Below, one piece after another: positions 39,660 through 50,935 of a DNA stretch of 64,000 nucleotides. A program made the translations under genes and the position numbers. The notes below the pieces were generated by a model. The model had not been told where the DNA came from. It was given only the letters and a program-made list of their open reading frames with translations, and did not search any database. Position 1 is the first letter of the stretch. Each line of letters starts with the position of its first letter. The DNA comes from Octopus sinensis (lineage: Eukaryota), in assembly GCF_006345805.1 (NCBI RefSeq), contig NC_043000.1:132060001-132124000 (forward strand), given 5' to 3'.

Positions 39660-40535
39660 ATCATACATACATACATACATACATACATACATACATACAT
39701 ACATACATACATACATACATACATTATGGCTGCCCCCTCGTTATCGAGTATGGCCATTGCACGAAGCTTAACTGTTACTGGTGCTGTGATCGAATGTGAC
39801 TTTTTAGCCCAGCTAAAGATCTACAATGTCTTGTACAAAATTGGCAACTAAGACCTTTACTGGTAATAGCCGGCTGTAGTTGTAACTGGGCTACATACAT
39901 ACATACGTACGTACGTACATACATACACTCATATATACGCACACACATACATGCATACATACATACATACATACATACATACATACATACATACATACAT
40001 ACATACATACATACATACATACATACATACATACATACATACGTACGTAGATACATACACTCATATATATGCACACACACACATATATACATAATACAAA
40101 CATACATACATACATACATACATACATACATAAATACATACATACAAACGTACGTACGTACATACATACACTCATATATACGCACACACACACACAAACA
40201 TACATACATACATACATAGATACGTATGTACGTACGTACATACACTCATATATACGCACACACACATACATACATACATACATACATACATACGTACGTA
40301 CGTACGTACGTACGTACATACATACATACATACATACATACATACATACACACATATATACGCACACACATACAATAATACAAACATGCATACATACATA
40401 CATACATAATACATAATACATACATACATACATACATACATAATACAAACATGCATACATACATACATACATACATACATACATACATACATACATACAT
40501 ACGTACATACATACAGGCATACATGCATGCATGCA
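39660..40535. repeat. Long compound (TACA)n microsatellite in the Nodal-like intron
   Basis: (TACA)n with the recurring variant block ACGTACGTACATA(C)ATACACTCATATATACGCACACAC. Confidence 0.9.
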
Positions 40536-41053
40536 TTATGGTTGCAAATCGATTTCAAGCAATGCCCTCGCTTGGTTATTCAGCTACGATGTTCAGAGAA
40601 CTTACCAATCACGCTGATATATGCTTTAATTCCATTATGGAATTTTTCATGGAGTGCTTTGCATTTTTCAGCTACGGATAGCCATAATTTGCAATACACA
40701 TTAGAAATGTTAAAAATCAAGCGATGCCTATGTCTGAGGCTTTTTAAAATGAAGAAAGGCTTAACTGACTCTCTAAATAATGTATGCATTTGCACAGGCA
40801 GAAGAACTAGTCTACATCATTGGATGCAAACGAAATCTCAAGTGTTACATCAGATTTTACCTTCTTGAGAGATATCTAAACAGAGACTAGGGGTTTCTCA
40901 CTCTCACATACATACATACATACATACATACATACATACATACACACACACATATACATACATACATACATACATACATACATACATACATACACACACA
41001 CATACATACATACATACATACACACACACACATACATACATACATACATACAT

Positions 41054-41096
<43 letters not shown>

Positions 41097-41471
41097 GGCA
41101 GGCAGGCAGGCAGACAGACAGGCAGACAGATAGACAGAAGTGTACACATATGCACACATGCATGAATGAGTTGCCACTTTTGTTTGATATATCGTTGGCA
41201 AATACGATGTTTCTCATAGGTAACGGTGACTAATGAATGTTGAAAACAGGTCAGTCAAATTGCCAAATTTAACAAAATCAAAATAGTTTTAAAACTTTTT
41301 CAAATTTATCCTGTACCATGGCGATGAAAGAAAAATCATAGAGATGCAAACTAAAATTCGTCTTCTCGTTAATGAAGAGGAGAGATTTCGCCAACGTTTT
41401 TGTGGTAGCTTGGTATTCGTCTGCTTGGATAGATACTATTGTCTGTCTCAGACAATAGTATCTATGGAAGT

Positions 41472-41870
41472 AAGACGACGAGCTAGCAGAATCGTTAGCA
41501 CGCCGGGTGAAATGCGTAGCCGTATTTCGTCTGCCGTTAGGTTCTGAGTTCAAATTCCGCCGAGGTCGACTTTGCCTTTCATCCTTTCGGGGTCGATTAA
41601 ATAAGTACCAGTTACGCACTGGAATCGATATAATCGACTTAATCCGTTTGTCTGTCCTTGTTTGTCCTCTCTGTGTTTAGCCCCTTGTGGGTAGTGAAGA
41701 AATAGGTATTTCGTCTACCGCTATGTCAGTTCAAATTCTGCCGATGTCGACTTTACCTTTCAACGTTTCTTGGTCGATAAAATAAGTACCAGTTGAGCAT
41801 TGGAGTTGATCTAATAGACTTTTCACCTTCCCCGAAATTTGCTGGCCTTGTGCCAAAATTTGAAACCAAT
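41472..41870 (+). mobile_element. SINE family B (dimeric) in the Nodal-like intron
   Basis: Homologous along its length to 36466-36830. Confidence 0.8.
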
Positions 41871-41932
41871 ATTCATAAATTGTTTTAGACACAAAAACAA
41901 AATATTATTCATTGTTTATCACATGGAATGTT

Positions 41933-44615
41933 GTTAGTTAGTTAGTTAGTTAGTTAATTTGGCTCAAAAGCAAATAGCAAGGCCATGTAGGGGGACATGG
42001 AGTTAAGTACAGGGTGGTGTTCATGTAAAGAGTTCAGGCCACTTGAGGTCCAGGGAGGCTTTGAACAAAGCGGTCGTCGGCATCTTCACCATCTCATCTG
42101 GCAGCTTGTTCCACGGATCCGCAACCCGGACGGAGAAAGCTCCTCTCCTTCGATTGAGATGAAATCGTCGCAGGTAGAGCTTTTCGGAATGACCCCGCAG
42201 CCGACGCTCCGGAGCAGGAGTGAAGAACAGCTCTTTCGAGAGGTTACACTTCCCGCTTATGATGTTGTGGGCGAGAATGAGATCACCACGGCGGCGGCAT
42301 TTTTCAAGAGAATAAAGGTCGAGCGTCCTCAGCCTTTCTTCGTAGGACAAATTTTTGAGACCATGAACCATGCGGGTAGCCAGCCTCTGGACTCTTTCGA
42401 GATGCTGTATGTCTTTGAGGAGATAAGGAGAAGAGGCTTGAATCCCATACTCCAATATGGGTCTCACCAGCGTGACATAGAGTGGTAGGAATATGGCTGC
42501 TGTGAGCATTCCGAATGACCGTCGAATCAAAAACAGAATTCCGCGCGCTTTGTTGGCAGCATGGACGCACTGGGCCGAAGGCGAAAAGGAGGAATCCACC
42601 AAGATACCCAGGTCCTTTACCTGATCGGTCCTCTCCAGCAGCAGACGACCCGGCTCGAAATCAAGTTGAGTTGCAGGAGTAGAGCCGACAGGCAGATGAC
42701 AGCACTTTGACACGTTCAGACACAGGTCCCAATCGTTAGACCACTTCCAAATTTGGTGGAGGCATCGACGAAGATCCTCTATACTACCGCGAGGAGCGAC
42801 CAGTTTGATATCGTCGGCAAATAGAAGGGTGTGTTGCGTGAGGTTGTCGGGCAAGTCATTTATGAAGACTAAGAACAACAAGGGCCCAAGCACTGAACCT
42901 TGAGGCACGCCACTGCTCGCACTGGAGACGTCGGACCGCGAACCATTAACTTGAACTTGGAAAGAGCGATCTGAGAGGAAGGCACGAACCCATCGTACAA
43001 TATCCGGATGGAAACTATATGCTTGAAGCTTGACAAGTAGTAGGCGGTGGTTTACCGAGTCAAAAGCTTTGGCAAAGTCCAATAAAACGATGTCAACAGC
43101 ATCACTATCATCGAGGATGCGCGTCACCAATTCTTCCATTACTAGTAAGTTGGTCAAGCATGATCTCTTCGGCACGAAGCCGTGTTGGGAATCAGTGATC
43201 GAGGCTGTGTTTAGGAGGTGGAGCATCATACTTTTCTTAAGGATGGTTTCGAACATCTTGCTGATTATTGATGTAAGGGAAACCGGTCGGTAGTTAAGCG
43301 GGTCTTCGCGGCTCCCTTTCTTGAAAATTGGGCAGATTATCGCTGTTCTCCAGTCTGCAGGTATAACACCCGTCGCCAATGACATATTGAATAGTCGTGT
43401 TAAGAGCTCGCAGATGACCGGAGCCAACGCTTTGATAACCCGTGGGTGTATGCCGTCAGGGCCGTGACCCTTGTTGACATCGAGGCCTTGAATAACACGT
43501 TTGACTTCGTCCCGCGTGATGACCAATCGAAGCATTGGAGGTACCGATCTATCAAATGGAGGGGGTTCAGGACCATCATCTTGTTTGAAAATAGTTGAAA
43601 AAGCCTCGGCAAATAATTGACTCTGTTGATAAGGGTCCTCAATCGATACGCCTGTTGAGTCTACCAACGTTGCAATCTGGTTGTTCAAGCGGGAATTCCG
43701 CTGGACATGGGCAAAGAAGGTTTTTGGATTGCTACTGGCATTTGCCGCGATTTTGTATTCATAACTGAAGCGTTCTTTCTTTTCAATTTTCACGGCTCGG
43801 TCTCGTTGAGTTTTGTACACCTCAAAAGCTGCAGTCGAATCCAGGTTTTTGAATTCAGCCCAAGCAATATCTCTGAGTCGACTTTCTCGTTTAACCTTCT
43901 TCGTCACCCAGGGCTTGTGTTTCTTCCTCTTGGGAAGCCCAACGGGAACTGCCTGGTCAGTCAAACAGATTACATATGCTTTGAGGGATGACCATAGTTC
44001 GTCAACTGAGGACAACGTCATCAGGGATCGCCAGTCCAGAAGCGCGGAAGCCTCGGTTAGAATTTCAAGATTAATTGCAGAGAAGACTCTACGTGGCAGC
44101 GAAGTAATCGTGGGCGTAGAAAAAGTTGTGTTCATGACGAACTTCAGGACCGCATGATCACTCTTGGCAAGAGGGGCGCACACAGATACGTCTGACACTG
44201 ATCTTGGATAGCGGGAGAATACCAGATCTAGCATAGATGGCTGCTGCCCAGACCGATGCCTTGTCGGATATTCAACATGTTGCGATAGAAAACAATCTTC
44301 AGCCACGTCAAGAAGTGCCTGGCCGAACCGGGAAGATGTTGTACAAATTGATGCGGGCCAATCGATCGTGTGAGCGTTGAAGTCGCCTAGTACCAAGCAG
44401 TCATGCGAAGCTGAAACGAATCTTATCGCTTCGAGTAGATGAGCATCGTCCTGGGGGTCGGCTAGAGGCGGCCTGTAGACAGCCAACACGGGCAGGCAAA
44501 ACTCAGATAGGCTCAGCTTGCAATAGACGGCATCGAATTTTGTTGTAGGTTGAGCATTTGTGGGTAGAATACCACAGGACGGTTTGTGCTCAGACTTAAC
44601 ATACACAGCAACTGC
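41933..44615 (-). mobile_element. 5'-truncated CR1-clade non-LTR retrotransposon (partial APE endonuclease + RT), antisense in the Nodal-like intron
   Basis: Uninterrupted ORF 42021-44606 with APE motifs (VYRPP, GDFN, LDLVF, SDH) and RT motifs (NYRPVSL, LDFAKAFDSV, GVPQGSVLGP, FADD). A short 3' UTR with stem-loop CCATGT-CCCCCT-ACATGG (41983-42000) is followed by a (TAAC)6 tail at 41933-41956. The 5' end stops inside the endonuclease (…AVAVYVK). Confidence 0.95.
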
Positions 44616-44909
44616 ATCTTAACAATTGAGACTAACCTATCATTTTAACTGTTGAACTTGAGTTTGCGTACATATATCCAGTGTGAACCTTACACACACA
44701 CGCGCACATACACACACATATAAATACGTTATACATAGAAGTGGATACAGACAGGTAGATATAAATATAATTTTTTAATTTAATTTTGAGAATTTTTCTA
44801 TGTAAGGAATTCTTTATATATAGTATCTACTTGGAGTAATATCTTGTCAATTAATGTATTTATTACAATATTTAAACTCCTAACTAAAACTTCGTCTTTC
44901 TTTTCACAG

Positions 44910-45832
44910 TTCCTCGATTGAAGTACAATAAACATGGATGTCCGAAGCTAATCTATGTGTTTGATATACCAAAGTTACCAATACATGAACAAACCAATAC
45001 GGTTGAGTTTCGAGTTTTTTACCCGTCTGCTACGACAACGTCTGCTTTGCCTCGTTCATCTTGCCGGCCAAACCATCGATACAGACATTGGACTGTAGTG
45101 GTGAAACAAAATGGAGTAAGACTACATAAGAGCACTCAACGATATAGACCAGTGAGAGATAATGTTTATGAAGTATTCAATATAACTAAAGCAGTAAATT
45201 TTTGGATAAACTCAAAGCACGGTAATATTAGTATTGTGGTTAGGGAACGGCTTCGAGGTGAAAAAGATGATTTACGTGATAATGATGATGATATAAGTAT
45301 AGCACAGCAGAAGCACAATGTAAGGCCAGGAGAAGGTCTTTTGGTCCTTTATTCGGGAAATAGTCATTTTTTCCAAGACATCTACCAACGTTTTACTGCC
45401 GAATCGCAACAAGTGAGTAGGCAACGACAACGCAGACATTCGTCGCAGTCGAAATCAAAGCGCAGACGACAAAAACGGAAAAGGAAGAAAAAAGTAAGAC
45501 AGGACGTACTAAATAAAGATCTTCCATGTGGTTTGTATGATTATTACATTGACTTCAATGTTATTGGATGGGGAGAGTGGATTGTCTTTCCAAAACGTTT
45601 CAATGCTCATCTGTGTTCTGGTAACTGTCCTTCGCCTATAACAATGGATCTTAATCCCACCAATCACGCTATGTTACGCAGTTTGATGAAATTAAAACAA
45701 CCAGACGTGACTCTTTTGCCCTGTTGTGTACCAACAAAACTGAAGCCCATTAGCCTACTGTATTTGGAACCTGAGGAAATTGTACTTCGACAACATGCTG
45801 ATGTTGTTGCGGAAGAATGTGGTTGTCGTTAA
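44910..45832 (+). CDS. nodal: Exon 2 of Nodal-like TGF-beta ligand (prodomain, furin sites, 7-Cys mature domain)
   Basis: Acceptor tctttcttttcacag|TT joins in frame (…SAK-V-PRLKY…). Mature domain CGLYDYYIDFNVIGWGEWIVFPKRFNAHLCSGNCPSP…NPTNHAMLRSLMKL…PCCVPTKLKPISLLYLEPEEIVLRQHADVVAEECGCR* has the cystine-knot Cys pattern. IVxPKRFNA, PTNHA and LRxHxD read as Nodal-type. TGF-beta family membership is near certain; Nodal orthology is about 0.75. Confidence 0.85.
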
Positions 45833-46518
45833 AGAAGAAAAATAATAAACAATGAAGGTGGTGGTAACGGTGATTGTAATGACTTTTATTTTATGCAGAC
45901 ATTAGATATCATATCAAAAGATATGAAAGAATAAGAATTTATATTCATATATTTCTATTTAAAAAAATTTGTTTTTTGAAATTTCTATTTTTAAAAAATG
46001 CATACAAAAGAGATTTGGGGCATAAAATCCAAAGAGACATGAAGCAAAATCTGATGGTAACCTTATGAGATTCTCCTTAACCTCAACGAATATCAACTAA
46101 AAATAAAGTATACAATTCCTAAATTGTTGTTGTTGATGTGGTTCTTGTTTGACAAAATTTTTATATAAAGCCAGAAATTTTATGCAATACATGAAAAATA
46201 TTTCAAGAAATCCGAACGATATGAAATATTTTTCGATGAAATCATTTAAAAAAATTTTTTAATTTCTAAAGAAAAACGTTCTATATTACGTATAAATTTA
46301 CCATAATAGTTTCTAGCTTAAGTACAAAGTCTAAAACTTGAAAGAAAGAGCTAGTAGATAGCGCTTAACTGGCAGTTTATTTTATCGAACCCGAGAAGAT
46401 GAAATCGAAGTTAACGTATGAATTCATTATGTAAAAAGCTGGGAGAAATACCAGATGACACTTTTCCGATGCTTTGATGATTCTGCTAGCTCAACGATTA
46501 ACCATAGATAATGAGATA

Positions 46519-47031
46519 TCTATATATATAAAACTGTAGTTGTGTGAGTGTCTGTCCCCTTCGATTTAGATTCCTAACTCCTCCCACATTTTGCGGTGCA
46601 GTTTAACCAAATTCGGGTATCTTATAGTCGTGATTCATATCGAGCCCGTCTGAGTATTAGCGCGCGTCTACGATGAGTCTACGATTTTAAAAATAATTTA
46701 ACATCATTTTTTTATTCCATTTTAATGCATAATTTTTCGTGTGTCGATGGCGGCGGAGTTGGCGTCCATGTCACACCTGCACCTGTTTGCTTCTCCCCCT
46801 TCTTCCCTCCCTCGTGAAGCTGTGGGGAAGGGAGTGTAAGGAAATCAACGTCGTAAAACGTTGTCAAGGAGACCAGCGTTCTTTTAGAACAACGACTTCA
46901 TGACTTGAAGACACCAAAACAGAAATGGCTAAGAAAGCCCGAATTGGCATCTATAAGGGAAGTAACTCTCTAAAAATGCTTATATAGTTATTTCCCTTAC
47001 AAACCCGAGCAACGCCGGGCGATACTGCTAG
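46519..47031 (+). mobile_element. Non-autonomous Helitron, same family as 32902-33748
   Basis: a|TCTATATATATAAAA start, ~200 bp shared with 32930-33110, and the same 3' hairpin + CTAG|t. Confidence 0.85.
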
Positions 47032-47708
47032 TACATACATAAAAAAAAAGAAAAGAAAGTCCAACATTTGATTTAGTAATCCTTAGCTTTGAGAAAATTC
47101 AGAAGATTTACATTATTTAAATTCTTACAGAAAACGCTTAAATTATAATCTAATCATTTGTCATTACCAGATCTTGTGGTAGATTTTTCCATATTGGAAT
47201 TATTCTATTTATAAAAGAGTATTTATGCAGAAGTGGTTGTGTGTAAAGAAACTTGCTATCCAACTACATAGGTCCGGGTTCAGTTCTACTGCGTGGTACC
47301 TTGGTAAAGTATCCTCTACTATAGCGTTGTGGATTTGTTGTACACGGAAACTGAAAGACGCCCGTCCTGTGTATATATATAATGAGAAGTTTTGGTATTC
47401 AGAAGACCCAAAATGGCAGGTAAGGCTCTGTAAGTGCTACGGAAGGACCGTAACATCCAACAGAATTTTTTTTATTAATATTCTCTTATTTCCCTTTATA
47501 CTTCCCATATCTCTCCCTTTCCAAAATAACTCCCTCATATCGTCTCTGGCTTTGTTGTCTCATTTTATTTAACACACACACGCGCGCGCATATTCTAGCG
47601 TAGCTAGAGTGTGTGTCGCCCGGGGCGGCCCACGGGCCCCACAAAAAAACACATATTGCCTTCAGCAGATCCAAAAGTACCGACCCTACCTCCCCCCTAG
47701 CTACGCTA

Positions 47709-47754
<46 letters not shown>

Positions 47755-47758
<4 letters not shown>

Positions 47759-47890
47759 TCCGAAGAGGCCTTAAGATATATTTGTAAATGTCTCATTTTT
47801 AACTTCATATTGACATACTATACATGGCAAATATAAGTAAAATGAGGCATATTTATCTGCATGGCCGAAACAGCTGTAAGATATAGTGTA
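47755..47890 (+). ncRNA. Type I hammerhead-ribozyme-like motif (Penelope pseudo-LTR type) with extended stem II
   Basis: CCGAAGA (47760-66), GGCC…GGCC (47767-70 / 47863-66), GAAAC, palindromic AGCT loop, then GTA cleavage triplet (47876-78). The core deviates from CUGANGA at U4. Confidence 0.55.
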
Positions 47891-48084
47891 TATTTATATT
47901 TATATCTATTTATATTTATTTATTTATATCCTCTTATAATGATTATACTTATTGTATTGTATTACTCATTCATGTACGCTGTTTTGTTATATATTTTTAT
48001 GTAGTGGTTTAATAAAGTATGTGATTGGGTATTATCTAGTAGTTGATAAATGATTTAGATGTATTTCTCCATTTTCTTATTTTG

Positions 48085-48138
<54 letters not shown>

Positions 48139-48819
48139 GTGTGTATAGCTTTGTGTTTGTGGTTGACAACCGATGTTGGTGCGTTTATGTCCACGTAACC
48201 CAGCGGTTCGGCAAAAGCGACCGATAGAATAAGTAATTGGCTTTAAAAAAAAACATGCCTTGGAGTCGATTTGTTCGACCAAAACCCGTCAACGCTGTGC
48301 TCCAGCATGGCCGCAGTCAAATAACTGAAACGAGTAAAAGATAAAGGATCTTAATTAGGAGCGTTCTCTTTATAATGACCTCTTGGATTAAATTCGTTTA
48401 CAGGAATATCCAACAAATTATTTTGACATTTAAAATCCATAATTAGGTCTTTTTATTTTAATTTTTCCCTCTACAAGAGAGAGACTCAGATTATCAAATA
48501 CTTAAACGACCTGGTTAAGAAAATTTACTTAGATTAAATAACCTTTTTCGGGTATAAGAATCCGATAACCATCCCCAGCTAATTACTCCGAATGTTGCCC
48601 CACTGGACAATTTTTTCCAGTGAAAACAAAGCGCGACTGTGGGGCGTATAAATAATTCTTTTCTGCTCAAGGCACAAGTCTCGAAATTTTAGGGGAGGGG
48701 GCAGTCGATTAGATCGGCCCCAATACGCAACTGGTACACCGCCTCGTATAAATATTAAAGAAGCTACTGAAGGTTTTATTTCATGTATACACAAATACAA
48801 TAATAGATAATCCTTTCTA

Positions 48820-49385
48820 TTGGGTTGTCTGAAAAGTTCGTGCCGATTTATAGTAGCTTACCTTTCGACTTATTTTAGAACATGGTTGAGTCCATAAAAT
48901 AGGATTTGACTACACCTGCATTTAGAGCACAGTTTAAGCTATCTTTTCGTGGAAGAAAGTTTATGTTCTGATAACCTGTGTTAATTCTGTAACCCTTTAA
49001 AATGGAAGATAAGAAAGTTCATTTTCGGAACTTGATGCTTTAGGAACCAGACAAAAATTGCTGCAGCTCGGCTGGGATGTGTTACTCCACCCTCCATATT
49101 CACCAGATATTGCTCCTTCGGATTTCCACTTATACAGGTCTCTGCAGAATAGTCTTAATTGTAAAAATTTCAATTTCTTGGATGCCGTAAAAAGATATCT
49201 TCATGAATTCTTTGCCAGGAAACCACCCCAATTCTGGGAAGAGGGTATTTTCAAGTTAAAGGAAAGATTGGGACATATTGTGCAACAAAATTGTTTATAT
49301 TTGGTTGATTAAAAATGTAATGGCAAGTATTTATTGACCTTTTTCTTTCCTTTAAAAATCGGCACGAACTTTCCGGACAACCCAA
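48820..49385 (+). mobile_element. 566-bp internally deleted mariner element (same family), inserted in a SINE at a TA
   Basis: Same TIRs, length and deletion junction as 27837-28402. Its flanks rejoin as the SINE-B tail tcctttcTActataggacaa…. Confidence 0.93.
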
Positions 49386-50152
49386 TACTATAGGACAATG
49401 CCTGAAATTTTGCGGAAGAAGATCAGTCAATTACTTCGATCCCAGTGTGTATCTGGTGCTTAATTTATCGACCCAAAAGGATAAAAAGCAAAGTCGACCC
49501 CGGCGGAATTTGAACTCAGAACGTGAAGACACGAAATACCTATTTCTTTACTACCCACAAGGGGCTAAACACAGAGAGGACAAACAAGGACAGACAAACG
49601 GATTATGTCGATTATATCGACTTCAGTGTGTAACTGGTACTTATTTAATCGACCCCGAAAGGATGAAAGGCAAAGTCGACCTCGGCGGAATTTGAACTCA
49701 GAACGTAGCAGCAGACGAAATACTACTAAGCATTTCACCCGGTGAGCTAACGATTCTGCCAGCTCGCCACCTTATTACACTGATGAGATTCAAAGATTCT
49801 CCGTACAGACGACACTTAGTAGTGCTCAAAAGATTCAAACTGAGACTCCGATGTCTTTACAGAGGATCGATTTCACAAGGTAAAGAAAGACTATAAGAGG
49901 GATCAACTTGAGCGGGTATAGAAGCAATTATGCGGATGAACAAATTAGACACATTAAGTATATTAAAAATATTAAATATAATAGTTTGGGTATGAAGTAC
50001 AAAATAGTTATATATGTATACATGCAAAACGAGAGAAAGCAAATGGTGGAGACTTTCAGATGATGAATTTTTAAGTATAAATATATAGATATTTATATTA
50101 ACAGGCCCAACTTACACAGAGTAGAAACGACAGAGTAAATTAAAGGGATGGC

Positions 50153-50444
50153 AAAAAGGTGTTATAAATCCAACAGCTGTTTTGGGGGCTTGGAGATCCA
50201 TAATAATGTTGGTTGATGTAGTTCATCACAATATGCAGCCGTATGGATGAAATTAACATTGGATAAAACGAGTCTGTCATCAGGATAAGATCTTACATTT
50301 AAGATCTTAATGCAAAGAAGTTCAAAGATGGAATCCAATGTTAATTGCATCCATACGGTTGCATATTGTGATGAACTACATCAACCAACATTATTATGGA
50401 CTCCAAGCCTCCAAAAACAGCTGTTGGATTTATAACACCTTTTT
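50153..50444. repeat. ~290-bp fold-back MITE-like element
   Basis: ~110-bp arms AAAAAGGTGTTATAAATCCAACAGCTG… / …CAGCTGTTGGATTTATAACACCTTTTT with few mismatches and a ~65-bp spacer. Confidence 0.88.
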
Positions 50445-50455
50445 ATATTAACATG

Positions 50456-50518
<63 letters not shown>

Positions 50519-50763
50519 TATTGGATGATTCTACATATTGAATAACAGATAAACTATTGTTTCAAATTTTGGCATAAGGCCAGCAATTTTTTTAGAGAAG
50601 ATGGTTAGTCAAGTGTATCAACTCTAGTACTTGACTACCACTTTATTTTATCGCCCTCGAAAGGAAAGAAGACAGAGTTGAACTCAGAACATAAAAAGCT
50701 AGAAGAAATGCCGCAAAGCATTTTGACCGACGTGTTAACAATTCTGTCTGCTTGTCATCTTAA

Positions 50764-50935
50764 TCTATATATATAAAACTGAGAATGTGTGTGTGTCTGC
50801 CTGTATTACTAAAACTCGAGAACTACCCAACCGATTTCATTCAAATCTTACACATGCACTACTTAGAGTCCATGGAGTGTCATGAGCCAAAAAAAATTTC
50901 AGCTTCTTGCTTTATGCAAACCCGGAGCAATAACA
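50764..50935 (+). mobile_element. Helitron 5' fragment (family of 2299-3854)
   Basis: TCTATATATATAAAACTGAGAATGTGTG…aactac..aaccgatttcattcaaat..tacacatgc is homologous to 2299-2430. Confidence 0.7.

Noticed and set aside
40693-40700. AATACACA, a FoxH1-type site in the Nodal-like intron (analogy with the chordate asymmetric enhancer)
   Set aside because: A single 8-mer is expected by chance in several kb of AT-rich DNA, and no paired sites were seen.
41997-42488. 163-aa plus-strand ORF and others overlapping 42304-44157
   Set aside because: Antisense or alternative frames of the GC-rich LINE ORF.
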